Origin: an uncultured Coriobacteriia bacterium
GTDB lineage: Bacteria > Actinomycetota > Coriobacteriia > Anaerosomatales > PALSA-660
Assembly: GCA_963701985.1 (NCBI GenBank)
Contig: OY969691.1
Span: 1,219,088-1,283,087 of the forward strand
Reading direction: 5' to 3'
Length of the DNA: 64,000 nucleotides
The notes under the pieces are model-generated. The model worked only from the letters and a program-made list of their open reading frames with translations, was not told the origin of the DNA and ran no database searches. The number at the start of each line of letters is the position of its first letter. The stretch's first letter is position 1. This document shows, in pieces, positions 27,404-40,326 of the stretch. Both the position numbers and the translations under genes were made by a program.

Positions 27404-28024
27404 TCAGTACGCCGCGTACTCGATGCGCCGCGTGTACAGGGACGTCTCGGCGCACTTGAGGAGCAGCGCGGCAGCATCGGCCCGCGCGATGCGCGTGCCC
27501 CCCGGCACCGGCGCCCCATCGACCACGCGGTACCTGCCCCGCTGCGGCCCGTTCGTGAGACGGGCGGCGCGCACGATCGTCCACTCGAGGTCCGAGAGCA
27601 TGATGTCGCCCTCCATGTGCTCGAGATCGTCACGCGCCTCCCGGGAGCACGCGACGAGCAGGAGGGCCCGGGCGCTCAGCGGCAGCGCGCCGCGCGAGGC
27701 GCCGACACCGAACGAGGAGAGCGCCACGAGACGCCGGACGCCTCGTGCCGTCATCGCGCGCACGACCGTGGCCGCGGCATCGGCGGCGTCGTGCGTCGAC
27801 CCCGCCGAGGACGGCTCCAGGCAAAGAACCACGGCCCGCTGGCCCTCCACGGCCTCGGCCACGGCGGACGCGTCGGAGAACGCCCCGGTCACGAGCCGCG
27901 GCCGGCGTCCGGCGGTGTCGCCCGCCTCCGCGCGCGCGAACACGGTGACGTCGTGGCCGTGGCCGATCGCCTGCGACATCACGAGACGGGCCGTGGCACC
28001 TTCTCCGAGGACGAGGACGCGCAT
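27404..28024 (-). CDS. NAD(P)H-binding (atypical SDR / NmrA-like) protein
   Basis: 206 aa with MRVLVLGEGATARLV (degenerate Rossmann), RLVALSSFGV and EWTIVRAARLTNG. Confidence 0.65.
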   Translation of the reverse strand: MRVLVLGEGATARLVMSQAIGHGHDVTVFARAEAGDTAGRRPRLVTGAFSDASAVAEAVEGQRAVVLCLEPSSAGSTHDAADAAATVVRAMTARGVRRLVALSSFGVGASRGALPLSARALLLVACSREARDDLEHMEGDIMLSDLEWTIVRAARLTNGPQRGRYRVVDGAPVPGGTRIARADAAALLLKCAETSLYTRRIEYAAY

Positions 28025-28046
28025 GGGATGCCTCCGCCGGCCCGGC

Positions 28047-28505
28047 CTAACCTTCGGCCATCTCCCGCTTCAAGCGCTCGACCGCGTCCGCGTACACGGG
28101 CATGGAGGTGGCGAGAACCTGCGTGGCGAGGATCGCCGCGTTCTTCGCACCGTTGATGGCCACGCACGCCACCGGCACGCCCGACGGCATCTGTACCATC
28201 GAGAGCAGCGAGTCTAGGCCGCCCAGGTCCGACGTCTTCATCGGCACGGTGACGACGGGGAGCGTCGTATGGGCCGCGACCACGCCGCCGAGGTGCGCGG
28301 CCTTCCCCGCCGCCGCGATGACGACCTTGACCCCGCGGCCGCTGAGCGCTTCCGCCCACGCGGTCACCTTCTCGGGCTGACGGTGCGCGGACGCGACGAT
28401 CAGCTCGAACGGGACGCCCAGCGCCTCCAGCGTCCCCGTGCACTGCTCCATGACGTCCAGGTCGGACTTCGACCCGACGATCACGCCGACGAGGGGTTCA
28501 GCCAC
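28047..28505 (-). CDS. purE: 5-(carboxyamino)imidazole ribonucleotide mutase PurE
   Basis: 152 aa with VGVIVGSKSDL, VASAHRQPEKV, AAGKAAHLGGVVAAHTTLPVV. Intact. Confidence 0.95.
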   Translation of the reverse strand: MAEPLVGVIVGSKSDLDVMEQCTGTLEALGVPFELIVASAHRQPEKVTAWAEALSGRGVKVVIAAAGKAAHLGGVVAAHTTLPVVTVPMKTSDLGGLDSLLSMVQMPSGVPVACVAINGAKNAAILATQVLATSMPVYADAVERLKREMAEG

Positions 28506-28508
28506 GGT

Positions 28509-28724
28509 TCACTCCTTGTCCTTCGGCTCGTCGCCCAGCCTGCTCGCCGGGCCTCGGAAGACGAGCAGCGCCAGCGCGATGAGCACGATCGCGACGATGA
28601 CGGCGATCGCGATCGCCGACAGCTCCAGGAGCGACGCGATCACGGCCACGCCGAAACCCACGATCACCGCCGCGACGACGTAGGCGACCAGCAGTATCCC
28701 GAGGCCGGTCCGCGTCGATCTCAT
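28509..28724 (-). CDS. small two-TM membrane protein, hypothetical
   Basis: 71 aa, almost entirely hydrophobic (GILLVAYVVAAVIVGFGVAVIA..IAIAVIVAIVLIALALLVF). ATGA overlap with the upstream gene's stop, and a stop 3 nt before the purE start. Confidence 0.5.
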   Translation of the reverse strand: MRSTRTGLGILLVAYVVAAVIVGFGVAVIASLLELSAIAIAVIVAIVLIALALLVFRGPASRLGDEPKDKE

Positions 28725-30092
28725 GGCACGTCTCCTTCTTCTTCGGTCACTCGCGCGGCCCGACGGGAGGCGGCGGCGCGCTGCCCTCGGCGGGGCACGG
28801 CTCGCCCTCGCCGAAGAGCAGCTCGCGCTCGTCGGGCTTCAGGCGCCGCGCGCGCCTGGTCGCGCACGTTGTTCACGCCGATGAAGAACTCCCGCATCAT
28901 CGCGACCATGCAGGTAGCTGCCCGCGCTCGGTGAGCGTGAGCGACCTCCGGCGTCGTCGCGGTCGAACGCGCCCGCCGCGCGCATGAACGCCATCTCGAT
29001 CGCAGCCCCCGGTCGATCTGACGCCGAAGTCGCGCTCGAAACGGCCTCTTGTCGAGCTTCAGGCCGAACAGCTCCATGAGGAACCGGTACCGCATGCGCT
29101 CGTGCGATGCCGAACGCCTTCCTGCCCGCGACGCTCATCCGGCCGGCGCCCAGCCGCTCGCCGTACTCGCGCAGCGAGAACGTGTTCACGTACAGCGTGC
29201 CGTCGAGGAACGAGAACGCGCCGCGAGCCGATCCCGACGTACTCCTCGTAGTCGACGATGTACTCGTCGATCATGCCGCCCGCCGATGCGCGAGAACGTC
29301 CACGCGCTGCCGTTCTCGAACGTGTCGGACAGCTCCTCCGAGAGGATGCGGTAGAACTGGGCCTCGCGCTCGTAGTCGACCGGGCCGACCGTGCGCGCGA
29401 GCTCGCGCGAGACGACGGGCGAGGCCATGAGCGGGTAGAACGTGGTCTGGTTGCAGCCGCTGCTCCTTCAGCAGCTCGACGTCGCGGCGCAGCATCGCTC
29501 GCGTCTGCTCGGGAAGTTGAAGATCATGTCGACGTTCATCGAGTGGAACGCGCCGGCGGTCGCCTGGATGCGCTCGAGGATCTCCGCGCCGGAGCCGTAC
29601 TTGTCGTAGCGGTCCATCTGCCTGCAGCAGCCCGTCGTCGAAGCTCTGGACGCCGACGCTGAAGCCGCTGCACGCGCGGCGCGAGCGCCTCGACGTACTC
29701 GGGCGTCAGGTGGTTCGGGTTGGTCTCCGAGGAGACCTCGCGGATGGAGAAGAGCTCGCGCGCCAGGTCGATCGTGTCGGCGAGCTCGTCGAGCATGATC
29801 GTCGGCGTGCCGCCGCCGACGTACATGGACGCGAAGTCGTAGCCGAGGTCGGCGACCATGCGCATCTCTTCGCGCAGACGCTCGAAGTACGGGACGGCGC
29901 GCTCCTCCGTGAACGGGAAGCGGTTGAACGAGCAGTACGGGCAGAGCCGCTGGCAGAACGGCACGTGCACGTAGAGCAGGTACTCCCGGCCCGGCCGGGG
30001 CCCGGCAGCCGCGGCACGTCGGCATGCTCGAGGGCGAGGTAGCGCGAGTTCAGCGTCCGGACGACCGGGGTGAGGAGCCGCTCAGCGAGCAC
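28721..30092 (-). pseudogene. HemN/HemW-like radical SAM protein (coproporphyrinogen-III-oxidase family), frameshifted as assembled
   Basis: Fragments: LLYVHVPFCQRLCPYCSFNRF (CxxxCxxC), MYVGGGTPTIM, SSETNPNHLTPEYVEAL, then MDRYDKYGSGAEILERI, MNVDMIFNFP, MIDEYIVDYEEYVGIGS and MRYRFLMELFGLKLDK in other frames. Confidence 0.75.
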
Positions 30093-31406
30093 CTAGCACT
30101 CCGCCGTGTCCGGCTGCGCGTCGAGCGCCCGCGACGCGATGTCGCTGCGGTAGAACATGCCGTCGAAGCTGATCTTGCCCGCACGCCTCGTACGCGCGCT
30201 CGCGTGCTTGCGCGAAGCGTGGGCGCGACCGCGGTGACGTCGAGCACGCGGCCGCCGGCGGTGACGAGCGTGCCGTCGTCGCGCAGCGCCGTGCCGGCGT
30301 GGAAGACCGTGACGCCCGGCGACGCTCTCGGCGTCGGCGATGCCGCTGATCGGCTTGCCTTTCTCGTAGTCGCCCGGGTAGCCGCCGGACGCGAGCACGA
30401 CGCAGACCGCCACGTCGTCGCGCCCACTCGAGCTCCGTGCCCTCGAGCGTCGCCGTCCGCGACCGCGAGCATGCACGTCGAGCGAGGTCGGTGTCGAGCC
30501 GCGGCAGGAGCACCTGGGTCTCCGGGTCGCCGAAGCGCGCGTTGTACTCGAGCACCTTCGGGCCGTCGCTCGGTGAGGATGAACCCGCCGTAGAGGACGC
30601 CGCGGTAACCGAGGCCCTCCGCGTGCAGCCCCGCGACGGTCCGCTCCAGGATGTCGACCATCTCGCGTGCGTCGTCGACGTCGCACGCCGGGCACCGGAG
30701 AGTACACGCCCATGCCGCCGGTGTTCGGGCCCGGTGTCGCCGTCGAGCGCGCGCTTGTGGTCCTGCGCGGGCACCATCGGCATGACGGTCGCGCCGTCGA
30801 CGAACGCGAGGAGCGAGCACTCCGGCCCTCGACAGGAACTCCTCGATGACGACGCGTCTCGCCGGCCTCGCCGAACCGGCCGTCGAAGCACTCCTCGACG
30901 GCGCGCTCCGCGCCTCGCGCGAGTCTGTCGCGACGGTCACGCCCTTGCCCGCCGCGAGGCCGTCGGCCTTGACCACGATCGGGCACGGCTCGCGACTCGA
31001 CGTACGTCGAGCGCCGCGTGACTCCGTCGGCTGGAAGGCGTGCGAATCGGCGGTCGGGATGCGTGGCGGCGCATGACGCCCTTCGCGAACGCCTTGCTGC
31101 CCTCGAGCCGCGCCGCGAGCGCGCTCGGTCCGAACACCTTGACGTCGCGCGCGTGCAGCGCGTCGGCGACGCCGGCCACCAGCGGCCCCTCGGGCCCGAC
31201 GACGACGAGGTCGATGCCGTTCGCAGCCGCGAAGTCGGCCACCGCTCGCGGCGTCCTCGATGTCGAGCTCGGGACGTTGGTCGCGATGGCGGCGGTGCCG
31301 CCGTTGCCGGGCGCGACGAGGATTTCGGGTCGAGCGCGCCGAGCGTCGCGAGCGCCCACACGATCGCGTGCTCGCGGCCGCCGCCGCCGAGAACGAGGAT
31401 GCGCAT
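30093..31406 (-). pseudogene. purD: phosphoribosylamine-glycine ligase PurD, multiply frameshifted as assembled
   Basis: Fragments: MRILVLGGGGREHAIVWALA (ATG 31406 after GGAGGGG), PEILVAPGNGGTA, LVVVGPEGPLVAGVADAL, SKAFAKGVM, NTGGMGVYSPVP, VVLASGGYPGDYEKGKPI, MFYRSDIASRAL. The frame alternates many times, but total length is a multiple of 3. Confidence 0.9.
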
Positions 31407-31470
31407 CGCCGACCCCTCCGATGCGACGGCGGCGTCCCGCAGACCCGCCCGCCGACGGCGCATGCCGGCT

Positions 31471-32841
<1,371 letters not shown>

Positions 32842-33016
32842 TCATCGCCGCCGCTCCCGGACCGGGTGCGAAGGCCTCGCCGGCCCCGCACGCGCGCGCA
32901 CGACCGCCACGGGCCGCGCCTGGCACAGTATGACGGACGCTCCCCGACGATGCCACCCGAAGGCGCTCCGGTCCGCTGCAGCGCGAAAGCGGCACCGCCG
33001 CCGGAACCGGCCGCGG

Positions 33017-33658
33017 TCAGGCCGCCGTTCGGCCCGCCCAGCCCATGACGGCGAGCATCGCGTCGACGATCGCTGCGTCGTCGTCGGGCATCCCGAGCAC
33101 CTTGGCGGTGGCGAAGTAGCCGACGAGCAGCGACGTGAAGGCGCGCACCGCGCTCTCCAGCTGCTCCGGAGACCTCGTGATGCCGAAGAAGGCGTCGACG
33201 CGCGGCACGAACGCGCGGATGGATGCGACCATCGGCCGCGCCAAGTGGTCGCGGAACGTGTCGAGCAGCGCCTGGTTGTGCGGGGCGGACGCGAGGAGGA
33301 TCCCCATCATGCCCCCCGTCCCGGCACGTTGCGGCTGCGGACCGCCGCGCGCGACGAGGGCCGTCAGCGCCGCGTGGAGCGTCTCCGGCCGGACGTCCGC
33401 CATGCGGCTCGCCGCGACCTCGACGATGTGGTCTCCCGCCAGGCCGAGCAGGTCGGCGTAGAGCGCCTCCTTGCCGGCGTAGTGGCGATAGAGAGCGGGC
33501 TCGGTCACGCCCGAGGCGCGCCGCGATCTCGCTCATGGTGCCGCCTGCGTAGCCCTTCTCGCAGAAGACCGCGAGCGCCGCGTCGAGGATCGTCCCGCGC
33601 CGTCCCGCCACGAAATCGGCGAAGTACGGCGACGCGGGCGGCGCGACCCGCCCATCAT
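33017..33658 (-). pseudogene. TetR-family transcriptional regulator, frameshifted as assembled
   Basis: The HTH region ILDAALAVFCEKGYAGGTMSEIAARLGVTEPALYRHYAGKEALY is split over two frames. The C-terminal 163 aa are intact. The ATG at 33658 overlaps the stop of the ATPase gene. Confidence 0.7.
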
Positions 33659-34649
33659 GCCCGCCCCCCCTGCTCGCCGACGAGGTGCACGAACGCGTCC
33701 TCGAGCGTCGGCTCGACGCGTTCGACACCGTGGACCACGAATCCCGCCGCGCCGAGGACGGCCGGAAGGTCGGCCTCCTCCGCGCTCAGGTGGCCGATGT
33801 TCACCTGGAGCATCGCGCCCTGCATGTACGCCTCGGCCACGACGCGGGTTGTCCCTGCAGCGCCGCGAGAGCGCCCTCGCCGTCATCCACGTCGAGCCGC
33901 AGGATCGTGTCCTTCTCGAGGCCCGACCTTGATCTCCTGCGGGGTGCCGTCGGCGATGATGTCGCCCCGGTAGATGAACGCGAGGCGGTTGCAGTGCGTC
34001 GCCTCGTCCATGTAGTGCGTGGTCACGAACAGCGTCACGCCGGCGTTGGCGAGGTCGTAGAGCAGCTCCCAGAACTGCCGGCGGGCGTTCGGGTCCACGC
34101 CTGAGGTGGGCTCGTCGAGGAAGATGAGCTTGGGCTCGTGGAGCGTCGCGCAGCCGAGCGCGAGGCGCTGCTTCCAGCCGACCGACAGGTTCTCGGTGAG
34201 TTCGCGCTCGCGGCCCTCGAGGTCGGCCATCTTGAGGATGTAGGCGCGGCGCTCGGCGAACTTCTCGGCGGTCAGCCCGTAGACACCGGAGTAGAAGCGC
34301 AGGTTCTCGTCGACGGTCAGGTCCTGGAACAGCGAGAACTTCTGCGACATGTAGCCGATGTTGCAGCGGACACTGCTCGGGGTCCCGGCGCGATGTCGTA
34401 GCCCATGACCGTCGCGGTCCCGGCGGTGGGCTCGATCGTGCCGCACAGCATGCGGATCGTGGTCGTCTTCCCCGAGCCGTTCGGGCCGAGGAACCCGAAG
34501 ATCTCGCCCGCTTGCCGACCATGAGGTCGATCGAGTCGACCGCCACGAAGTCGCCGAACATCTTGCGCAGCTTGCTGACGACGATGGCGTCGTCGCACGG
34601 GCGCGATCAGCTCGGGTGCCTGGTTCTTTCTGTCCAGGGGAGATGCCAT
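33655..34649 (-). pseudogene. ABC transporter ATP-binding protein (ABC-2/YbhF-like half), frameshifted as assembled
   Basis: Fragments: Walker [29 protein letters not shown], signature LSVGWKQRLAL, Walker B LIFLDEPTSGVDP, H-loop VTTHYMDEA. ATG at 34649. Confidence 0.85.
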
Positions 34650-34668
34650 CGGTGCCTGCCTTCGAAGA

Positions 34669-35811
34669 TTAGTCGGCGAGGCGCTTCTGGAAGCGCGACA
34701 GGCGCGAACGATGAAGATGGCGAGGGAGAATACCGCCATCGCGGCGAACTGCGGCCACAGCGCGCCGAAGCCGGACCCCTTGAGGAAGTTCGAGCGCACG
34801 ATGACGAGGATGTAGCGCAGCGGGATGAGGAAGGTGAGCGCGTACAGCCACGTCGGCAACGACGCCAGCGGGAACATGAAGCCGGACAGCATCATCTGCG
34901 GCATCTGGAGGAACGACGACGATCTGCTGCGCCTGCTGCCGGGTGCGCGAGATCAGCGACAGCAGCATGCCGACGCCCAGCGAGCAGAGCATGAAGAGCA
35001 GCAGGCCCGCGCCGATGACGAGCAGCGACCCGTTGAACGGCACCTGGAACCACAGGACGCCGACGATGAACACGAGCGATGACCTGCATCGTCCCCAGCA
35101 GGAAGTAGGGCGACGAGCTTGCCGAGCAGGTAGTCGGTGCGCCCGATGGGCGTCACGAACAGCTGCTCGAGCGTGCCGCGCTCGCGTTCCTTCACGATCG
35201 CCTGGCTCATGAGGTTCGTGGTCGACATCAGCAGGATGAACGCGAGCAGGGCCGGCACCATCGTGTTCACGGCGCGCAGCGTCGGGTTGTACAGCACCCG
35301 TGTCCGCGCGTCGATCCCCACCGCCGGCGAGGCGCCGGGCGCTATCGCGCCGCTGCGCCGTAGAACTCGGAGCTCAGGCTCTGGACGATCTCGGCCCCGT
35401 AGCCTGAGGCCAGCTGGCCCACCTGGCTGTCGGAGCCGTCGACGATGATGCCCAACTGCGACGGCTTGCGCTCCTCGACGAGCTTCCCAAAACCCTTCGG
35501 GATGATGATCGCCGTCGACCGCGGTGTTGCCGTCCACCGCGTTCTCCATGCGCCTGCTCGTCTGGCTGGCCGCGTCACGACGGTGAAGTAGCCCGGAGTC
35601 GACGAACGCCTGCGACCACGACGCGCGATTGCACGGTGTGGTCCTGGTCGAGCACCGCGAGGTCGATGTTGCGCACGCTGGAGCCGACCACGTAGCCGAA
35701 CAGCAGCAGCTGGATGATCGGCATGATGAACAGGATGGGCAGCATCGAGCGGTCGCGCCGAGCTGCGATGAACTCCTTCCAGATGAGAAGGCGGATGCGT
35801 CGCCACGACAT
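34669..35811 (-). pseudogene. ABC-2 type permease (YbhR/YbhS-like), frameshifted as assembled
   Basis: Fragments: [89 protein letters not shown], and the end SRFQKRLAD*. Confidence 0.8.
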
Positions 35812-35816
35812 GCGCG

Positions 35817-36960
35817 TCACGCCCTCTCTCGGTAGGTGGCCGCCGCGAGCGACCACGATGGCGACCGCGAAGACGGCGAGAGCCGCGAACTGGGGCCAGA
35901 GGATCGCGAACGAGCCGCCCTTCAGGAAGATCGTGCGCGTGATCACCATGAAGTAGCGCGTCGGGAACAGGTACGAGATCGCCTGCAGCGCCAAGCGGCA
36001 GGTTGGCTGATCGGGAAGATGAAGCCGGACAGCATGAACGCCGGGAAGGATCGCGAGCAGCGCCGACGAGCTGGTTGGCGGTCTCCACCGACGATGCGCG
36101 GGCGGAGACGATGAGTCCCAGGCCGAGCGTGCAGACGACGTAGAGCAGGCTGCCGAGCGCGAACAGCACCACGGACCCGCGGAACGGGATCTGGAAGGCG
36201 AGGATCCCGATCACCGAGATGATGACGACCTCGAGCGCGCCGATGATGCGCCCACGGCGCGATCTTGCCGACCATCAGCTCGATCCTGCGGATCGGGGAC
36301 ACGACGAGCTGCTCGTAGGTGCCGTTCTCCTTCTCGCGCACGAGCGTGTAGCGCGGTCTGCTGGATGGTCACCATCGTCAGCAGGATGACGATGAGCCCC
36401 GGGACGAAGTAGTTGGCCGACTTGTCCTCGGGGTTGTACCAGCGTGCGGATCGACGCGGTGATGCCCGAGAGGAGTGAGGTGTTCGCGCCCTTCGCCTCG
36501 AGCCTCGCTCAGGGCGACGCGGCCGCCGAAGACGCCGCGACAGCGCCGCGGCGTAGCCCTGCGCGACCTGTGCGGTGTTCGGGTCGGAGCCGTCGATCAG
36601 CACCTGGACCGCCCCGAGCCGTCCCGCGGCGATGTCGCTGCCGAAGCGTCGGCGAGAGCACCACGACGACCTCGGCCTGGTTCTGCGAGAACACGTTGTT
36701 CAACCTGGGTCATCGACGTCAGGTTCTCGGTCGACCTGTGAAGTAGTTCGACTGCTGCAGGGCCGCCACGTACTGCCGGCTGTAGGACGAGTTGTCCTGG
36801 TCGAGGACGGCGGTCGGGATGTTCTTCACGTTGAACGACAGCGCGTAGGAGAAGAGGAAGAGCTGGATGAGCGGCATCAGCAGGATCGATGGCGAGGAGC
36901 CGCGCGGTCGCGCATGATGTGGATGAACTCCTTGCGCGCGATGGCGAGAATGCGGTTCAT
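35817..36960 (-). pseudogene. ABC-2 type permease (YbhS/YbhR-like), frameshifted as assembled
   Basis: Fragments: MNRILAIARKEFIHIMRD, LLMPLIQLFLFSYALSF, REKENGTYEQLVVSPI, MLSGFIFPI, YLFPTRYFMVITRTIFLKG. The likely end AATYRERA-TGA (35817) needs a further frame change. Confidence 0.8.
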
Positions 36961-37952
36961 CTCGGCACCGCCAGGACCCGCGTCGCTCGCCGGTACGATC
37001 GTCGTGTCGGGCATGAGCGTCGCGAACGCCATCTCGAGATCGGTGGGCGCCTCTCGCACGCGCTCGACCGCGAAGCCCGCGCCTCCCAGCGCCGCCCGCA
37101 GCTCGCCCTCGCGCTCCCGCGGCGTCCATCGACTTGCCGACGAGCACCCGCAGGAGCTCACCCGATACCTCGACGCTCGTGACGAACGGCAGCGACCTCA
37201 CGAGCGCCATCGCCCGCCGGTAGTCGCTCACGGCGACCTCGAACATGCGTCCCGGCACGCGCCGCTTCATGCCGGCTGGCGTGTCGCGCAGGATGATCCT
37301 GCCCTGCGTCATGAACGCGATCTCGTTGCAGCGCTCCGCCTCGTCCATGTACGGCGTCGCGACGAACACCGTGATGCCCTGCCGGTGCAGGTCGGAGATG
37401 ATGCGCCAGAACTCGCGCCGCGAGACCGGGTCGACGCCCGTGGTCGGCTCGTCGAGGAAGAGCAGGTCCGGCTCGGAGATCAGCGTCGCCGCCAGCGCGA
37501 GCTTCTGCTTCATGCCGCCGGAGAGGAACTGCGCCTGCCGCTTCGCGAACTCCGTGAGCCCCGAGAACTCGAGCAGCCGCTTCGCCCGCTCCTCCATGGC
37601 GTGTCGCGCCACGCCGCGCAGCTCGGCGAAGAAGTCGAGGTTCTCGCGCACGGTGAGATCGCCATAGAGGGAGAACGCCTGCGACATGTAGCCGATGCGC
37701 GGCTTGATGTCGTGCGCCTGCGGTCACGACCGACTTGCCGAAGATCAGCGCGTCCCCCGATGTCGGGATGAGCACCGTCGTGAGCATCCGGATGAGCGTG
37801 GACTTGCCGGCGCCGTCGGGGCCGACGAGCCCGAAGACCTCGCCACGCGGCACGCTGAACGTCTGGGCGTCGACGGCCGTGATCGAGCGGAAGCGCTTGG
37901 TGAGCTCCCGGGCCTCGATCGCGTTCTCGGTGCCGTGGTACCGATCGGTCAC
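36957..37952 (-). pseudogene. ABC transporter ATP-binding protein (second ATPase), frameshifted as assembled
   Basis: GTG start at 37952 (GTGA overlap with the upstream stop). Walker A GLVGPDGAGKST, IGYMSQAFSLYGDLTV, LSGGMKQKLALA, LLFLDEPTTGVDP, VATPYMDEA. TGA at 36957-36959 overlaps the permease ATG and is in frame with the start. Confidence 0.85.
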
Positions 37953-38727
37953 TTGAGCACCACGTCGGCCGGCATGCCCGGCTTGAGCGAAGTGTCGGCG
38001 TCGGTGATCCGCAGCTTGACCTGATAGACGAGCTTCACGCGCTGGTCCTTGGTCTCGATCGATGACGGCGTGAACTCGGCCTGTGAGTTCACGAAGACGA
38101 CGACCGCCGTGATAGACCTTCGTCGTCGAGTCGGTGGTGAGCGTGCCCGCCTGACCGACGCTGGACCTTGCCGATCTCGTTCTCGGCGATGTAGATCGTG
38201 ACCGTGAGGCTCGCGGGGTTGCTCAGGATGGCGAGCGTGCTGCCGGGCACGGCGTTCTCGCCGACGTTGGCCGCGATGTTGGTCAGAACGCCGCTGAACG
38301 GCGCCGTGATCGTCACGTAGCCCGCTTGCACACGGGTCATGGACAGTGCGACTTCCGCCTGCTGCAGCTGCGCCTTGGCGGCGTCTATCTGCGCGGACGT
38401 CGAGCCCGACGCGTCCTTCACGTCGCTGTAGTTCGCCTTCGCCGCGCTCACGCCCACTTCCGCCTGCTTGACCTGCAGGTCGGCGAGCGTCGGGTCCAGC
38501 CGGAAGAGCACGGCGTTCTTCGTGACCGCGACACCCTCTTCAGGCGGAGCCACGATGATGCGGCCCGACGTCTGCGGCGTGATCGAGATCTGGTCGGTCT
38601 CGATCGTGCCGCTGCCGGTGAGGCCGCTCACGTTGGCGCCGGTCGAGGTCTCGTAGTACTGGTAGCCGTAGTACCCGATCGCCGCGAGCACGACGACCAC
38701 GACGACGATCACGATGATCCGTCTCAT
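37949..38727 (-). pseudogene. HlyD-family membrane-fusion/adaptor protein (short), frameshifted near its 3' third
   Basis: N-terminal TM IIVIVVVVVVLAAIGYYGY, ITPQTSGRII, coiled-coil QIDAAKAQLQQAEVAL, VTITAPFSGVLT. After ~38.15 kb the frame changes to ..GQAGTLTTDSTTKVYHG..FTPSSIETKDQRVKLVYQVKL..GMPADVVLK*. Confidence 0.75.
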
Positions 38728-38775
38728 TTCGCCTTCGGACTCCTTCTTGGTCGGCGCCTGTCCCTGTCTCGTCGC

Positions 38776-40029
38776 TCAGCCGTGCGTGTGGATGACCAGA
38801 TCCACGGGAGTGCCCGGCGGCGGTGCGGGACCGCGGTCGAGCGTGATGGTCACTTCGAGTGCGCGCGTGAGATGGATGAGGTTCGTCGGGAACGAGGTCG
38901 GCGGGAACGTCGAGCTCGCCGCGATGATCGTCACGCGCCCGTGCAGCACCGCTCCCGGCGCCGAGTCGTAGCTCACGTCGGCACGCTCGCCCACCGACAC
39001 TCCGGCGATCTGGTTGTCGGCGACATACGTGTCCACCAGGACGGGGCGGTCCGGCGTGATCGCGTCCAGCGGCGTGCCCACCATCGCCGTGGAACCGGCC
39101 GCCAGCACGTAGGTCACGACCCCGGAGACGGGCGAGAGGATGCGTGCCTGGTCGCGCTCGACCTCGGCGACCGACACGCCGAGTTCCTGCGCCCCCACCA
39201 TGATGTTCGCGACGTCGCGCGCGGTCTCGAGCTGGGAGCGGGCGGTGTCGAGCTGGGAGCTCGCAGACGCCAGCTGCGCCTTGCCGCTGGCCAGCAGAGC
39301 GAGCCCGCTCCGCAGCTTCACGATGGCGGCATCGAGCTGCGCCAGCTGCGCCTTCAGCTGGGCGAGCACGACGACCGGGTTCGGGCTCCGGCGGCCGGGC
39401 GGCACCGTCGACGTCGGCGGCATCGGCGTGGACGTCGGCAGGTGCGAGATGACCTGCTCGAGCGCCGCGATGGCCGACAGCAGTTTCACGCGTCCCGCCT
39501 CGGCCTGTGAGAGCGCGGCGGTGAGGGTCGAGCCGGTCGCGAGGAGCTTCGCGCGCGCGGTGGCGACCGTCTGCGCGCTGCCGCCGAGGGTGTCCAGGAG
39601 GGAGTCGAGCACGTCCACCTGCGTGCGCGCCCTCGTCGCGTTCGCCTCGGCCTGCTCGACGCCGAGGTCGAGCATGGCCGTGTCCAGTTGCACGAGCGGT
39701 TGGCCGGTGGTGACGCGGCTGCCGAGACCCACGTAGACCGCGGCCAGCCGGCCGGACACGACCGGCAGGCGCGACATCGAGACCGACATGCCCGCCGAAG
39801 AGCGCGCCGGCGGCCCGGCCGTCGCGGTCGTCGCGATGCCGACCGAGGTGTCTATCGCCGGGTAGACGATCGCCGGGGCGTTGACGGTCACGCTCTGCGC
39901 GCGCACGTCGCCGGCGAGCGCGAGGGTCCCCGAAGCCGGCGCGCTGAGCGCGCTTCCCCACGCGATGCCGACGACGGCCGCGATCACCACGACGACGGCT
40001 GCGATCCAGGCGAGCGTCTTGCGCGTCAT
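38776..40029 (-). CDS. HlyD-family membrane-fusion/adaptor protein (long coiled-coil), intact
   Basis: 417 aa. TM anchor LAWIAAVVVVIAAVVGIAW, lipoyl-like RLAAVYVGLGSRVTTGQPLVQLD, very long Ala/Leu/Gln coiled-coil, SPVSGVVTYV, and a C-terminal beta-domain. Confidence 0.8.
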   Translation of the reverse strand: MTRKTLAWIAAVVVVIAAVVGIAWGSALSAPASGTLALAGDVRAQSVTVNAPAIVYPAIDTSVGIATTATAGPPARSSAGMSVSMSRLPVVSGRLAAVYVGLGSRVTTGQPLVQLDTAMLDLGVEQAEANATRARTQVDVLDSLLDTLGGSAQTVATARAKLLATGSTLTAALSQAEAGRVKLLSAIAALEQVISHLPTSTPMPPTSTVPPGRRSPNPVVVLAQLKAQLAQLDAAIVKLRSGLALLASGKAQLASASSQLDTARSQLETARDVANIMVGAQELGVSVAEVERDQARILSPVSGVVTYVLAAGSTAMVGTPLDAITPDRPVLVDTYVADNQIAGVSVGERADVSYDSAPGAVLHGRVTIIAASSTFPPTSFPTNLIHLTRALEVTITLDRGPAPPPGTPVDLVIHTHG

Positions 40030-40326
40030 CGGGTCCCCGGTCGTGCCGGGACGCGTTCCGGGAGCGGAGAAGTCACTCGTGCACCTTTTCGCGAAGGAGG
40101 GGCGAGCCGGACCGCATGCCCTGCGGCCGGCACGATCGAGGGCGCGGCGCGCGGCACGCCATGCCCGTAGTTATCAATCACTCACATTCCGAAGCTACAA
40201 CCGCCGGTCGCGCATGTCAACGGGTTCCTGCCCCTGACGGCGCCCTGTCACGCTCTCCTCCCGGTAGAGCACAATCATCCCGACGATATCCGCCGGTCGC
40301 TGGGGGAACGTCCCAGAGGGGTAGAG